DNA of 63,505 nucleotides, the filler included, from Nemertoderma westbladi (taxonomy: Eukaryota > Animalia > Xenacoelomorpha): NCBI GenBank assembly GCA_032718475.1. It is 4 parts of 4 records of this genome, joined end to end, with 100 filler letters (N's around TTAATTAATTAA, not from the genome) between each part and the next. Parts side by side here need not be neighbours in the genome. Positions count along the whole stretch, not along the records: positions 1 to 15,285 come from JAUCBJ010001026.1; 3 more parts are not named here. One strand, 5' to 3'. Shown here one piece after another: positions 1 to 13,290 of this stretch. The position numbers and the translations under genes are program-made. Each line of letters starts with the position of its first letter. Positions within the stretch are counted from its first letter, which is position 1. Under the pieces are notes generated by a model that was given only the letters and a program-made list of their open reading frames with translations, did not search any database and was not told the origin of the DNA.

Positions 1-3000
1 GTAGCAGTTGGGTAATAATAGCAGCAATAGAATAGTAGCAGTTGGGTAATAATAGCAGCAATAGAATAGTAGCAGTTGGGTAATAATAGCAGCAATTGGA
101 TAGTAGCAGTTGGGTAATAATAGCAGCAATATGATAGTAGCAGTTGGGTAATAATAGCAGCAATAGAATAGTAGCAGTTGGGTAATAATAGCAGCAATAG
201 GATAGTAGCAGTTGGGTAATAATAGCAGCAATAGGATAGTAGCAGTTGGGTAATAATAGCAGCAATAGGATAGTAGCAGTTGGGTAATAATAGCAGCAAT
301 AGAATAGTAGCAGTTGGGTAATAATAGCAGCAATAGGATAGTAGCAGTTGGGTAATAATAGCAGCAATAGAATAGTAGCAGTTGGGTAATAATAGCAGCA
401 ATTGGATAGTAGCAGTTGGGTAATAATAGCAGCAATAGAATAGTAGCAGTTGGGTAATAATAGCAGCAATAGAATAGTAGCAGTTGGGTAATAATAGCAG
501 CAATAGAATAGTAGCAGTTGGGTAATAATAGCAGCAATAGGATAGTAGCAGTTGGGTAATAATAGCAGCAATAGGATAGTAGCAGTTGGGTAATAATAGC
601 AGCAATAGAATAGTAGCAGTTGGGTAATAATAGCAGCAATAGGATAGTAGCAGTTGGGTAATAATAGCAGCAATAGAATAGTAGCAGTTGGGTAATAATA
701 GCAGCAATAGGATAGTAGCAGTTGGGTAATAATAGCAGCAATAGAATAGTAGCAGTTGGGTAATAATAGCAGCAATAGGATAGTAGCAGTTGGGTAATAA
801 TAGCAGCAATAGGATAGTAGCAGTTGGGTAATAATAGCAGCAATAGGATAGTAGCAGTTGGGTAATAATAGCAGCAATAGAATAGTAGCAGTTGGGTAAT
901 AATAGCAGCAATAGGATAGTAGCAGTTGGGTAATAATAGCAGCAATAGAATAGTAGCAGTTGGGTAATAATAGCAGCAATAGGATAGTAGCAGTTGGGTA
1001 ATAATAGCAGCAATAGAATAGTAGCAGTTGGGTAATAATAGCAGCAATAGAATAGTAGCAGTTGGGTAATAATAGCAGCAATAGGATAGTAGCAGTTGGG
1101 TAATAATAGCAGCAATAGAATAGTAGCAGTTGGGTAATAATAGCAGCAATAGGATAGTAGCAGTTGGGTAATAATAGCAGCAATAGGATAGTAGCAGTTG
1201 GGTAATAATAGCAGCAATAGAATAGTAGCAGTTGGGTAATAATAGCAGCAATAGGATAGTAGCAGTTGGGTAATAATAGCAGCAATAGAATAGTAGCAGT
1301 TGGGTAATAATAGCAGCAATAGGATAGTAGCAGTTGGGTAATAATAGCAGCAATAGGATAGTAGCAGTTGGGTAATAATAGCAGCAATAGGATAGTAGCA
1401 GTTGGGTAATAATAGCAGCAATAGAATAGTAGCAGTTGGGTAATAATAGCAGCAATAGAATAGTAGCAGTTGGGTAATAATAGCAGCAATAGAATAGTAG
1501 CAGTTGGGTAATAATAGCAGCAATAGAATAGTAGCAGTTGGGTAATAATAGCAGCAATAGAATAGTAGCAGTTGGGTAATAATAGCAGCAATAGAATAGT
1601 AGCAGTTGGGTAATAATAGCAGCAATAGGATAGTAGCAGTTGGGTAATAATAGCAGCAATAGGATAGTAGCAGTTGGGTAATAATAGCAGCAATAGGATA
1701 GTAGCAGTTGGGTAATAATAGCAGCAATAGGATAGTAGCAGTTGGGTAATAATAGCAGCAATAGAATAGTAGCAGTTGGGTAATAATAGCAGCAATAGGA
1801 TAGTAGCAGTTGGGTAATAATAGCAGCAATAGAATAGTAGCAGTTGGGTAATAATAGCAGCAATAGGATAGTAGCAGTTGGGTAATAATAGCAGCAATAG
1901 AATAGTAGCAGTTGGGTAATAATAGCAGCAATAGAATAGTAGCAGTTGGGTAATAATAGCAGCAATAGAATAGTAGCAGTTGGGTAATAATAGCAGCAAT
2001 AGAATAGTAGCAGTTGGGTAATAATAGCAGCAATAGAATAGTAGCAGTTGGGTAATAATAGCAGCAATAGAATAGTAGCAGTTGGGTAATAATAGCAGCA
2101 ATAGAATAGTAGCAGTTGGGTAATAATAGCAGCAATAGAATAGTAGCAGTTGGGTAATAATAGCAGCAATAGAATAGTAGCAGTTGGGTAATAATAGCAG
2201 CAATAGAATAGTAGCAGTTGGGTAATAATAGCAGCAATAGAATAGTAGCAGTTGGGTAATAATAGCAGCAATAGGATAGTAGCAGTTGGGTAATAATAGC
2301 AGCAATAGAATAGTAGCAGTTGGGTAATAATAGCAGCAATAGGATAGTAGCAGTTGGGTAATAATAGCAGCAATAGGATAGTAGCAGTTGGGTAATAATA
2401 GCAGCAATAGGATAGTAGCAGTTGGGTAATAATAGCAGCAATAGGATAGTAGCAGTTGGGTAATAATAGCAGCAATAGAATAGTAGCAGTTGGGTAATAA
2501 TAGCAGCAATAGAATAGTAGCAGTTGGGTAATAATAGCAGCAATAGAATAGTAGCAGTTGGGTAATAATAGCAGCAATAGAATAGTAGCAGTTGGGTAAT
2601 AATAGCAGCAATAGAATAGTAGCAGTTGGGTAATAATAGCAGCAATAGAATAGTAGCAGTTGGGTAATAATAGCAGCAATAGAATAGTAGCAGTTGGGTA
2701 ATAATAGCAGCAATAGAATAGTAGCAGTTGGGTAATAATAGCAGCAATAGGATAGTAGCAGTTGGGTAATAATAGCAGCAATAGAATAGTAGCAGTTGGG
2801 TAATAATAGCAGCAATAGGATAGTAGCAGTTGGGTAATAATAGCAGCAATAGAATAGTAGCAGTTGGGTAATAATAGCAGCAATAGGATAGTAGCAGTTG
2901 GGTAATAATAGCAGCAATAGAATAGTAGCAGTTGGGTAATAATAGCAGCAATAGAATAGTAGCAGTTGGGTAATAATAGCAGCAATTGGATAGTAGCAGT

Positions 3001-6000
3001 TGGGTAATAATAGCAGCAATAGAATAGTAGCAGTTGGGTAATAATAGCAGCAATAGAATAGTAGCAGTTGGGTAATAATAGCAGCAATAGGATAGTAGCA
3101 GTTGGGTAATAATAGCAGCAATAGAATAGTAGCAGTTGGGTAATAATAGCAGCAATAGAATAGTAGCAGTTGGGTAATAATAGCAGCAATAGGATAGTAG
3201 CAGTTGGGTAATAATAGCAGCAATAGAATAGTAGCAGTTGGGTAATAATAGCAGCAATAGGATAGTAGCAGTTGGGTAATAATAGCAGCAATAGAATAGT
3301 AGCAGTTGGGTAATAATAGCAGCAATAGAATAGTAGCAGTTGGGTAATAATAGCAGCAATAGGATAGTAGCAGTTGGGTAATAATAGCAGCAATAGAATA
3401 GTAGCAGTTGGGTAATAATAGCAGCAATTGGATAGTAGCAGTTGGGTAATAATAGCAGCAATAGAATAGTAGCAGTTGGGTAATAATAGCAGCAATAGAA
3501 TAGTAGCAGTTGGGTAATAATAGCAGCAATTGGATAGTAGCAGTTGGGTAATAATAGCAGCAATAGAATAGTAGCAGTTGGGTAATAATAGCAGCAATTG
3601 GATAGTAGCAGTTGGGTAATAATAGCAGCAATAGAATAGTAGCAGTTGGGTAATAATAGCAGCAATTGGATAGTAGCAGTTGGGTAATAATAGCAGCAAT
3701 AGAATAGTAGCAGTTGGGTAATAATAGCAGCAATTGGATAGTAGCAGTTGGGTAATAATAGCAGCAATAGAATAGTAGCAGTTGGGTAATAATAGCAGCA
3801 ATTGGATAGTAGCAGTTGGGTAATAATAGCAGCAATAGGATAGTAGCAGTTGGGTAATAATAGCAGCAATAGGATAGTAGCAGTTGGGTAATAATAGCAG
3901 CAATAGAATAGTAGCAGTTGGGTAATAATAGCAGCAATTGGATAGTAGCAGTTGGGTAATAATAGCAGCAATAGGATAGTAGCAGTTGGGTAATAATAGC
4001 AGCAATAGAATAGTAGCAGTTGGGTAATAATAGCAGCAATTGGATAGTTGCAGTTGGGTAATAATAGCAGCAATAGGATAGTGGCAGTTGGGTAATAATA
4101 GCAGCAATAGGATAGTAGCAGTTGGGTAATAATAGCAGCAATAGGATAGTAGCAGTTGGGTAATAATAGCAGCAATAGGATAGTAGCAGTTGGGTAATAA
4201 TAGCAGCAATAGAATAGTAGCAGTTGGGTAATAATAGCAGCAATTGGATAGTAGCAGTTGGGTAATAATAGCAGCAATAGGATAGTAGCAGTTGGGTAAT
4301 AATAGCAGCAATAGGATAGTAGGCAGTTGGGTAATAATAGCAGCAATTGGATAGTAGCAGTTGGGTAATAATAGCAGCAATAGGATAGTAGCAGTTGGGT
4401 AATAATAGCAGCAATAGGATAGTAGCAGTTGGGTAATAATAGCAGCAATAGGATAGTAGCAGTTGGGTAATAATAGCAGCAATAGAATAGTAGCAGTTGG
4501 GTAATAATAGCAGCAATTGGATAGTAGCAGTTGGGTAATAATAGCAGCAATAGGATAGTGGCAGTTGGGTAATAATAGCAGCAATAGGATAGTAGCAGTT
4601 GGGTAATAATAGCAGCAATAGGATAGTAGGCAGTTGGGTAATAATAGCAGCAATAGGATAGTAGCAGTTGGGTAATAATAGCAGCAATAGAATAGTAGCA
4701 GTTGGGTAATAATAGCAGCAATAGAATAGTAGCAGTTGGGTAATAATAGCAGCAATAGAATAGTAGCAGTTGGGTAATAATAGCAGCAATAGAATAGTAG
4801 CAGTTGGGTAATAATAGCAGCAATAGAATAGTAGCAGTTGGGTAATAATAGCAGCAATAGGATAGTAGGCAGTTGGGTAATAATAGCCGCAATAGGATAG
4901 TAGCAGTTGGGTAATAATAGCAGCAATAGAATAGTAGCAGTTGGGTAATAATAGCAGCAATAGGATAGTAGCAGTTGGGTAATAATAGCAGCAATAGGAT
5001 AGTAGGCAGTTGGGTAATAATAGCCGCAATAGGATAGTAGCAGTTGGGTAATAATAGCAGCAATAGAATAGTAGCAGTTGGGTAATAATAGCAGCAATTG
5101 GATAGTAGCAGTTGGGTAATAATAGCAGCAATTGGATAGTAGCAGTTGGGTAATAGTAGCCGCAATATGATAGTAGGCAGTTGGGTAATAATAGCAGCAA
5201 TAGGATAGTAGCAGTTGGGTAATAATAGCAGCAATAGGATAGTAGCAGTTGGGTAATAATAGCAGCAATAGAATAGTAGCAGTTGGGTAATAATAGCAGC
5301 AATTGGATAGTAGCAGTTGGGTAATAATAGCAGCAATAGGATAGTAGCAGTTGGGTAATAATAGCAGCAATAGAATAGTAGCAGTTGGGTAATAATAGCA
5401 GCAATTGGATAGTAGCAGTTGGGTAATAATAGCAGCAATAGGATAGTAGCAGTTGGGTAATAATAGCAGCAATAGGATAGTAGCAGTTGGGTAATAATAG
5501 CAGCAATAGAATAGTAGCAGTTGGGTAATAATAGCAGCAATTGGATAGTAGCAGTTGGGTAATAATAGCAGCAATATGATAGTAGGCAGTTGGGTAATAA
5601 TAGCAGCAATATGATAGTAGGCAGTTGGGTAATAATAGCAGCAATTGGATAGTAGCAGTTGGGTAATAATAGCAGCAATTGGATAGTAGCAGTTGGGTAA
5701 TAATAGCAGCAATTGGATAGTAGCAGTTGGGTAATAATAGCAGCAATAGAATAGTAGCAGTTGGGTAATAATAGCAGCAATTGGATAGTAGCAGTTGGGT
5801 AATAATAGCAGCAATATGATAGTAGGCAGTTGGGTAATAATAGCAGCAATATGATAGTAGGCAGTTGGGTAATAATAGCAGCAATTGGATAGTAGCAGTT
5901 GGGTAATAATAGCAGCAATTGGATAGTAGCAGTTGGGTAATAATAGCAGCAATAGAATAGTAGCAGTTGGGTAATAATAGCAGCAATAGAATAGTAGCAG

Positions 6001-8491
6001 TTGGGTAATAATAGCAGCAATTGGATAGTAGCAGTTGGGTAATAATAGCAGCAATATGATAGTAGGCAGTTGGGTAATAATAGCAGCAATTGGATAGTAG
6101 CAGTTGGGTAATAATAGCAGCAATTGGATAGTAGCAGTTGGGTAATAATAGCAGCAATAGAATAGTAGCAGTTGGGTAATAATAGCAGCAATTGGATAGT
6201 AGCAGTTGGGTAATAATAGCAGCAATATGATAGTAGGCAGTTGGGTAATAATAGCAGCAATTGGATAGTAGCAGTTGGGTAATAATAGCAGCAATTGGAT
6301 AGTAGCAGTTGGGTAATAGTAGCCGCAATATGATAGTAGGCAGTTGGGTAATAATAGCAGCAATAGGATAGTAGCAGTTGGGTAATAATAGCAGCAATAG
6401 GATAGTAGCAGTTGGGTAATAATAGCAGCAATAGAATAGTAGCAGTTGGGTAATAATAGCAGCAATTGGATAGTTGCAGTTGAGTAATAATAGCAGCAAT
6501 AGGATAGTAGCAGTTGGGTAATAATAGCAGCAATTGGATAGTTGCAGTTGAGTAATAATAGCAGCAATAGGATAGTAGCAGTTGGGTAATAATAGCAGCA
6601 ATTGGATAGTTGCAGTTGAGTAATAATAGCAGCAATAGGATAGTAGCAGTTGGGTAATAATAGCAGCAATAGAATAGTAGCAGTTGGGTAATAATAGCAG
6701 CAATTGGATAGTAGCAGTTGGGTAATAGTAGCCGCAATATGATAGTAGGCAGTTGGGTAATAATAGCAGCAATAGGATAGTAGCAGTTGGGTAATAATAG
6801 CAGCAATTGGATAGTTGCAGTTGAGTAATAATAGCAGCAATAGGATAGTAGCAGTTGGGTAATAATAGCAGCAATTGGATAGTTGCAGTTGAGTAATAAT
6901 AGCAGCAATAGGATAGTAGCAGTTGGGTAATAATAGCAGCAATAGAATAGTAGCAGTTGGGTAATAATAGCAGCAATTGGATAGTAGCAGTTGGGTAATA
7001 ATAGCAGCAATATGATAGTAGGCAGTTGGGTAATAGTAGCCGCAATAGGATAGTAGCAGTTGGGTAATAATAGCAGCAATAGGATAGTAGCAGTTGGGTA
7101 ATAATAGCAGCAATATGATAGTAGGCAGTTGGGTAATAGTAGCCGCAATATGATAGTAGGCAGTTGGGTAATAATAGCAGCAATATGATAGTAGCAGTTG
7201 GGTAATAGTAGCCGCAATAGGATAGTAGCAGTTGGGTAATAATAGCAGCAATAGGATAGTAGCAGTTGGGTAATAATAGCAGCAATATGATAGTAGGCAG
7301 TTGGGTAATAGTAGCCGCAATATGATAGTAGGCAGTTGGGTAATAATAGCAGCAATAGGATAGTAGCAGTTGGGTAATAATAGCAGCAATTGGATAGTTG
7401 CAGTTGAGTAATAATAGCAGCAATAGGATAGTAGCAGTTGGGTAATAATAGCAGCAATATGATAGTAGCAGTTGGGTAATAATAGCAGCAATAGAATAGT
7501 AGCAGTTGGGTAATAATAGCAGCAATTGGATAGTAGCAGTTGGGTAATAATAGCTGCAATAGGATAGTAGCAGTTGGGTAATAATAGCAGCAATAGGATA
7601 GTAGCAGTTGGGTAATAATAGCAGCAATATGATAGTAGGCAGTTGGGTAATAATAGCAGCAATAGGATAGTAGCAGTTGGGTAATAATAGCAGCAATAGG
7701 ATAGTAGCAGTTGGGTAATAATAGCAGCAATAGGATAGTAGGCAGTTGGGTAATAATAGCAGCAATATGATAGTAGGCAGTTGGGTAATAATAGCAGCAA
7801 TAGGATAGTAGCAGTTGGGTAATAATAGCAGCAATTGGATAGTAGCAGTTGGGTAATAGTAGCCGCAATAGGATAGTAGCAGTTGGGTAATAATAGCAGC
7901 AATTGGATAGTAGCAGTTGGGTAATAATAGCTGCAATAGGATAGTAGCAGTTGGGTAATAATAGCAGCAATAGGATAGTAGGCAGTTGGGTAATAATAGC
8001 AGCAATATGATAGTAGGCAGTTGGGTAATAATAGCAGCAATAGGATAGTAGCAGTTGGGTAATAATAGCAGCAATTGGATAGTAGCAGTTGGGTAATAGT
8101 AGCCGCAATAGGATAGTAGCAGTTGGGTAATAATAGCAGCAATAGGATAGTAGGCAGTTGGGTAATAATAGCAGCAATTGGATAGTAGCAGTTGGGTAAT
8201 AGTAGCCGCAATAGGATAGTAGCAGTTGGGTAATAATAGCAGCAATTGGATAGTAGCAGTTGGGTAATAATAGCAGCAATAGGATAGTAGCAGTTGGGTA
8301 ATAATAGCAGCAATATGATAGTAGCAGTTGGGTAATAGTTGCCGCAATAGGATAGTAGCAGTTGGGTAATAGTAGCAGCAATAGGATAGTAGGCAGTTGG
8401 GTAATAGTAGCAGCAATAGGATAGTAGCAGTTGGGTAATAATAGCAGAAATAGGATAGTAGCAGTTGGGTAATAATAGCAGCAATTAGATA
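1..8491. repeat. 34-bp tandem satellite (GTAGCAGTTGGGTAATAATAGCAGCAATAG[A/G]ATA), about 249 copies, runs off the window start
   Basis: Periodicity is directly visible. Variants (TTGGATA, TATGATA, a +G insertion, TAGTAGCCG, TTGCAGTTGAG) accumulate towards the right end. Confidence 0.99.
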
Positions 8492-8874
8492 CATATGAGA
8501 AGAAGTAACGAGTATTAACTGGATTCACAATTAGTGACCATGTGTATTAATTAATTAATTAATTAAACATAAATATAAAAATTAACATTTAATCTAACAG
8601 TATACGAAGGGTAAAGCTGACCGTGCAGTGACGTGAAAAAAATACTTTACCCTTTGTATACAATGATAGGAACAGTGACAGGGGCACACATATACTTAAA
8701 GAATTTAATCTAACTGAAACGCAGTTGGGCAATAATAAGGATTGCTCCGATGTATACTATAATATGGTGGTGGAAAATGCATCGATTTCAGCTATTACGT
8801 CACAATGCTGTTGCTTAGATACCCCACATCTGTTGCTTTCCCTATAGTTTGTGTACTAGCACTGGGTACTACTA

Positions 8875-10430
8875 CTAGGTCGAGCGAACTCGGACAGTGG
8901 GAATGAGATCCTTCCAGGCTTCCCGATTCTCCATAGTTGTCGCAATTTCGTTTCTCCCAAGTTCAGTATCCCTTTCAAGTTGATCTATATATGTTATAGC
9001 CGGTCGTCCACGACTACGATTTCCATGAGTTGTTTGCCAAAAAAGTAGATCTGGTATGACCTCGTCTTTACTTCGCCAGCAGTGCCCACTGAAACTTAAT
9101 CTGCGTTCACGGACGGTGGTTGATACAGGTGGTATTGTACCATAAAGCTCGGCGTTTGTCATGTGTTGTCTCCAGCTGATGTTTAGGGCTGCCATTAGTA
9201 GTCTTGTGTAGCAACCATCAATTCGTTGTTCAAGTGATTTAGTCAGTGTCCAGGTCTCACCCCCGTATAAAAATACACTTTCCACTGTGGGTCGAAAGAA
9301 CTTAGTCTTCAGGTGACTGGAGAGATCTGATTTCCAGATGGTATCCATTTTTGATAGAGCTACCCAAGCCTTTGCTTTCCTAACTTCTATGTCCTTTTTG
9401 CTACTCTCTATCCATGATCCAAGGTACTGGAAGTCGTCGACCTTCCTTAGTTGATTATTATCAATGGTTGTCAAGCTTCCATCAACATTAAAGGTCATGA
9501 ATTCGGTCTTGGTAGCATTTATATGCAATACAACCTCCTTAGCAGCCCTCTCCACTTTATTTAATAGAAGCTGTGCATCTGCTAGCGTATTAGAGAGCAG
9601 GGCGATTTCATCCGCAAAGTCGGTGTCTGTGACTGTAGTTGCCGGATATCTACTACTTCGGCGTTCTTGAAGTGTGAATCCCAGATCTTCACCCTTTGTG
9701 GCCGTCCTCATTGCGTAATCCAGTACAATTACAAATAGTAACGGTGCTAATGTGTCACCTTGCAGTACGCCAGTCAGGATTGAGAAAAACTCAGTATCAC
9801 CATCTGGTGAGAGTACCTGCGCTTCTGTGTCACAATATAACAATCCAATGCCAGCAACGATTACTTCTGGTATTACATAAGCTCTTAGGATTTCAAGCAT
9901 TTTACCTCAATGGACGGCGAATGCCTTCTTGAAGTCCACAAAAGTCATGACTGCGGGGAGATTCTTTGACTTAATTCCTTCAATCAGTCTCCGTAGTGCA
10001 AGTATCTCAGCTATTGCTGAACTACTTGGTCGAAATCCGTCTATGAGCTCTATGTGAGGCCTAATCCTATATAGAATCATTTTATTGTATATTTTGGCAG
10101 CTACCACAAGCAGACAGATCCCACGATAGTTTGTTGGTATACCGAGGTCTCCTTTCTTGGGGAGAGGCTTTAGTTGACCTTTAGTCCAAATTGGTGGTGG
10201 CTTTTCCCCTTTAACATCCGGTTGCAAACATTCAATAATGGTCTGTTTAGCACTCCTGTTTTCCATACCTCCGCTGGGATTTCATCTAATCCACTCGCTT
10301 TATTAGTGGACATGCTTTTAATGCTTCTTTGGAGTTCGGCAGGTGTGAAGTCACCTGTCTCTATAGGTAGTGTCTTGTCATATATTTTCCTTGTAGGGCT
10401 GACCTCGATGTTTGGTGGCTGCCCAAGCAA
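8875..10430 (-). pseudogene. Reverse transcriptase domain of the RTE element, frameshifted
   Basis: Motifs KASGLDEIPAEVWK, PLPKKGDL..NYRGICLL, FVDFKKAF, GVLQGDTLAPLLF and FQYLGS are present. The catalytic FADD reads FADE, and the domain is split over three ORFs. Confidence 0.92.
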
Positions 10431-10986
10431 GTTGCTGAAGTGATTTTTCCACTTCCCAACACGTTCTTCAGGACTATCGGCTTTGAGGCGACCCTTTGCA
10501 CAACTTTTCCAGCCAGATACCTCATTTACAGTTTGCCAGTTCTTGATTGTTGCTCTATGTGAGCAGTTGTAATTGCTTCAATTTTATCATGTATGTACTT
10601 TTCCTGGCTGATATTGTAGGCCAATTTAAGATCGCCCTTAGCTTTCTTAACCTTGTTAATGTTTTCGGTTGTTGGTTATTCGGTTTTTACTTTGTAGGCT
10701 ATCTTAAGATCTTCTCTCTTACAAGTAACTTCAGAGTTTTGCCATGGCACATACTGTTTTCGTTTGGGTTTTTAGGAGGGGATATGCCTCTTAGCTGATT
10801 CCTTGTGCGTGGGCTTTTATTATATTCTGGTATATTGAACCGGTGGACTGGTCTTCATCCATTGACTGAGGTGCTTCAAAGCAAGCGGTTTTGAACTTCT
10901 ACTGTGTAAGCATCCTTTACAGCATTGTCAGTTCTGAGGTTCTCCCAGTCATAGTTGATTTGCTTGCTTGTTCTGGGTTTGCTGGC

Positions 10987-11770
10987 TCACAAACTGAGTC
11001 TGATCTCTGCAGTTACAATTCTGTGGTCCGAACCAATTAGGTTGAACGAGCTGTATGCCTCGCAGTTGATCATGCTGTTTCTCAAGTTTTTGTTTATAAG
11101 GATGTAATCCAGTTGTGCTTTGGTTCCATTAGGGTATTGAAAGGTCCATAGCTTCCCTTTACTCTTTTCGAATGTGGTGTTTGTTGGTATCAATTCACAT
11201 TCTTCCATTAGGTCTAAAAGTAAGTACCCATTTCTGTTAGAACTGGTGATATAGGTGTAACCCTTGATGTCTTCTGGGCCAATTTGCGCATTCAGGTCAC
11301 CAGCAATGACTTTAACATTGTGTTTCGGAATGTCCTTTATAAGTCCAGTCAGATCTTCATAAAACTTGACTGCTTGTTCTGTCTCGGAGGCATTGGTTGG
11401 ACTGTAGCAACATATTACTGTTGTCTTGGAATTCCCATCAAATGTTGCGATCATAACCCTGGAATTTATAGATTCGATGTTGTTTAGGGTCTTAAGTGCA
11501 AATGGGCATAGCAGAATTCCTACTCCTCCAATTGATGCATTGGCCGAGTTTCTTACTGCTGAGCTTGTTACTAATGTCCATCCATTTCCAATGTCATTGT
11601 ACTTTATGGCAGTGTCTTCATGACAAATCCGATGTTCTTGGATGCAGATGATGTCGATGTTATATTCCATTGCCAGAGCGACCATGTCACCCTGTTTGGT
11701 ATGTGCTTTCAGCGTGCATGCGTTCATTGTAGCAATCTTTAGTGTCTTTTTACATTTCAACAGGTTGGTT
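10987..11770 (-). pseudogene. Apurinic-like endonuclease (APE) domain of the RTE element
   Basis: Motifs LKIATMNACTL, IICIQEHR, GGVGILL, CYSPT, IAGDLNA, QLDYILI and GSDHRIV, followed by a premature stop. Confidence 0.92.
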
Positions 11771-11880
11771 CTTCTTTCTTCTCTGTCTTCTGTTCCAGTA
11801 GCCAATTTATCGACCCCAGCCTGGTGTACCACTGAGGGACGCGGTCCTTGTTGACCCGGCCGACGACCGAGCCGGTATCG

Positions 11881-12264
11881 ACCAACCACCTGGCCACCCT
11901 GCACACGGTACATAACTGCACCCAACCACCTGGCCATCCTGCACACGGTACATAACTGCACCCAACCACCTGGCCATCCTGCACACGGTACATAACTGCA
12001 CCCAATCACCTGGCCATCCTGCACACGGTACATAACTGCACCCAACCACCTGGCCATCCTGCACACGGTACATAACTGCACCCAACCACCTGGCCACCCT
12101 GCATACGGTACATAACTGCACCCAACCACCTGGCCACCCTGCACACTGTACATAACTGCACCCAACCACCTTGCCATCCTGCACACGGTACATAACTGCA
12201 CCCAACCACCTGGCCACCCTGCACACGGTACATAACTGCACCCAACCACCTGGCAACCCTGCAC
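11881..12264. repeat. 40-bp tandem repeat, about 9.6 copies (CCCAACCACCTGGCCAYCCTGCACACGGTACATAACTGCA)
   Basis: Exact 40-bp period from 11881 to 12241, with a few substitutions. Confidence 0.98.
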
Positions 12265-12399
12265 CGTCCTCAAAGGCCTGGCTGCTTCTCCACTTTACCC
12301 TGGATCCACGAAGGCAGTGGGAGGCCCCGCGGATTATCGCGAACTGAATCCTTGTACGGACCCAGCCCATCGTCACGCTAAAGGCACGCCCCATGACCT
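12251..12399 (-). mobile_element. 3' tip of a CRE-like (restriction-like endonuclease) non-LTR retrotransposon ORF
   Basis: The peptide MGRAFSVTMGWVRTRIQFAIIRGASHCLRGSRVKWRSSQAFEDGAGLP resembles, from recall, the conserved C-terminus of animal CRE-clade proteins (W.R.R..F...R....CLRGSR..W....DGAGLP). Confidence 0.65.
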
Positions 12400-12850
12400 G
12401 TATACATACAATCCTGTAGGCTAAGCGGCTAACTGAGGGAAAAAACAAAGCTGTCAAGCTGTGTAAAAATAATTTACTAATTTTAAAGTTCAAGATATGG
12501 GGAGCGCGAGCGTGGATACTACTATACTTTATTGTATATTAGACCCAATGTTCTATTTGTCAACAGAAGACGACGGGACACGTTGACGGGACATTTGCTT
12601 ATTATAGTTGCTTATTACAGTTGCTCATTATAAGAATCTGTATACAAATTCATATAATACAAATCAGGGGCGATATACAGAAAAGTGGCCAAACCAGAGT
12701 CATTTTTTTTTAAATAAAATTTCTCAAAACCCAACATATGATATACAGTATATTCTGAAAGCTCAGAGTCCGTAGAATTCAATGCGAGTAGTGGCCGACC
12801 TTAAATATGATCTGTAAAAAAATATACTGCTTGTCCATTTCTGTCCACTT

Positions 12851-13290
12851 CCTGTAACCATTATTTTAATACATATTTTAGGATAATTGGTTACAGGCGT
12901 GGGACATTTGCCTTGCCTGTAACCTTCCATGTAAATGTAATGAGAGCCGGTTACAGGCGGTTACAGGTGGGGGGACGTTTTATGGTACGACTGACACTGC
13001 CAAACACACATTATAAATGCTGCGTATGAACATTATACATCAAATGAAAGCATTTTCAAGGACGATTTCAGAACTGTTATTGTTTTACCGAGGTACAATT
13101 ACTTATATGCGATTCTATCAGCTTTAACGTTGGTTACAGGAGGGGATAGTTTATGGTTTTCCCTCCCGATCTGAGGCTCTTCAAACCCACATATCTTTAA
13201 AAGTTTCCATGAATTGGTATAATTGTTTTTGTGTGTTACAGCTGAGTAATTACATATTCTTAAAAAAAATGTAAAGGTGTGCCTGTAACC
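12851..13290. repeat. Cluster of seven GGTTACAGG/CCTGTAACC motifs in both orientations
   Basis: Copies at 12851, 12889, 12916, 12949, 12959, 13132 and 13282. Probably subterminal repeats of a decayed DNA transposon. Confidence 0.6.

Larger units (their letters stand above)
8867..11880 (-). mobile_element. Degenerate RTE-type non-LTR retrotransposon (APE + RT) with a (TAG)n 3' tail
   Basis: APE and RT motifs lie in several broken frames. The ORF ends in a TAG that begins a short (TAG)n tail (plus strand TACTACTACTA at 8867-8877). The C-terminal motif RRLSFSGHCWR...RGRP is typical of RTE-like elements. Confidence 0.88.

Noticed and set aside
1-8491. Minus strand of the 34-bp satellite is free of stop codons
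   Set aside because: This follows from unit composition. The period is not a multiple of three and +1 insertions are frequent.
8547-8566. TTAATTAATTAA resembling the contig linker
   Set aside because: It has no flanking Ns and is a natural (TTAA)n microsatellite.
11790-11880. Possible HDV-like ribozyme at the RTE 5' end
   Set aside because: GC-rich stems are present, but I could not assemble the nested double pseudoknot by eye. It would need an Infernal or RNArobo search.
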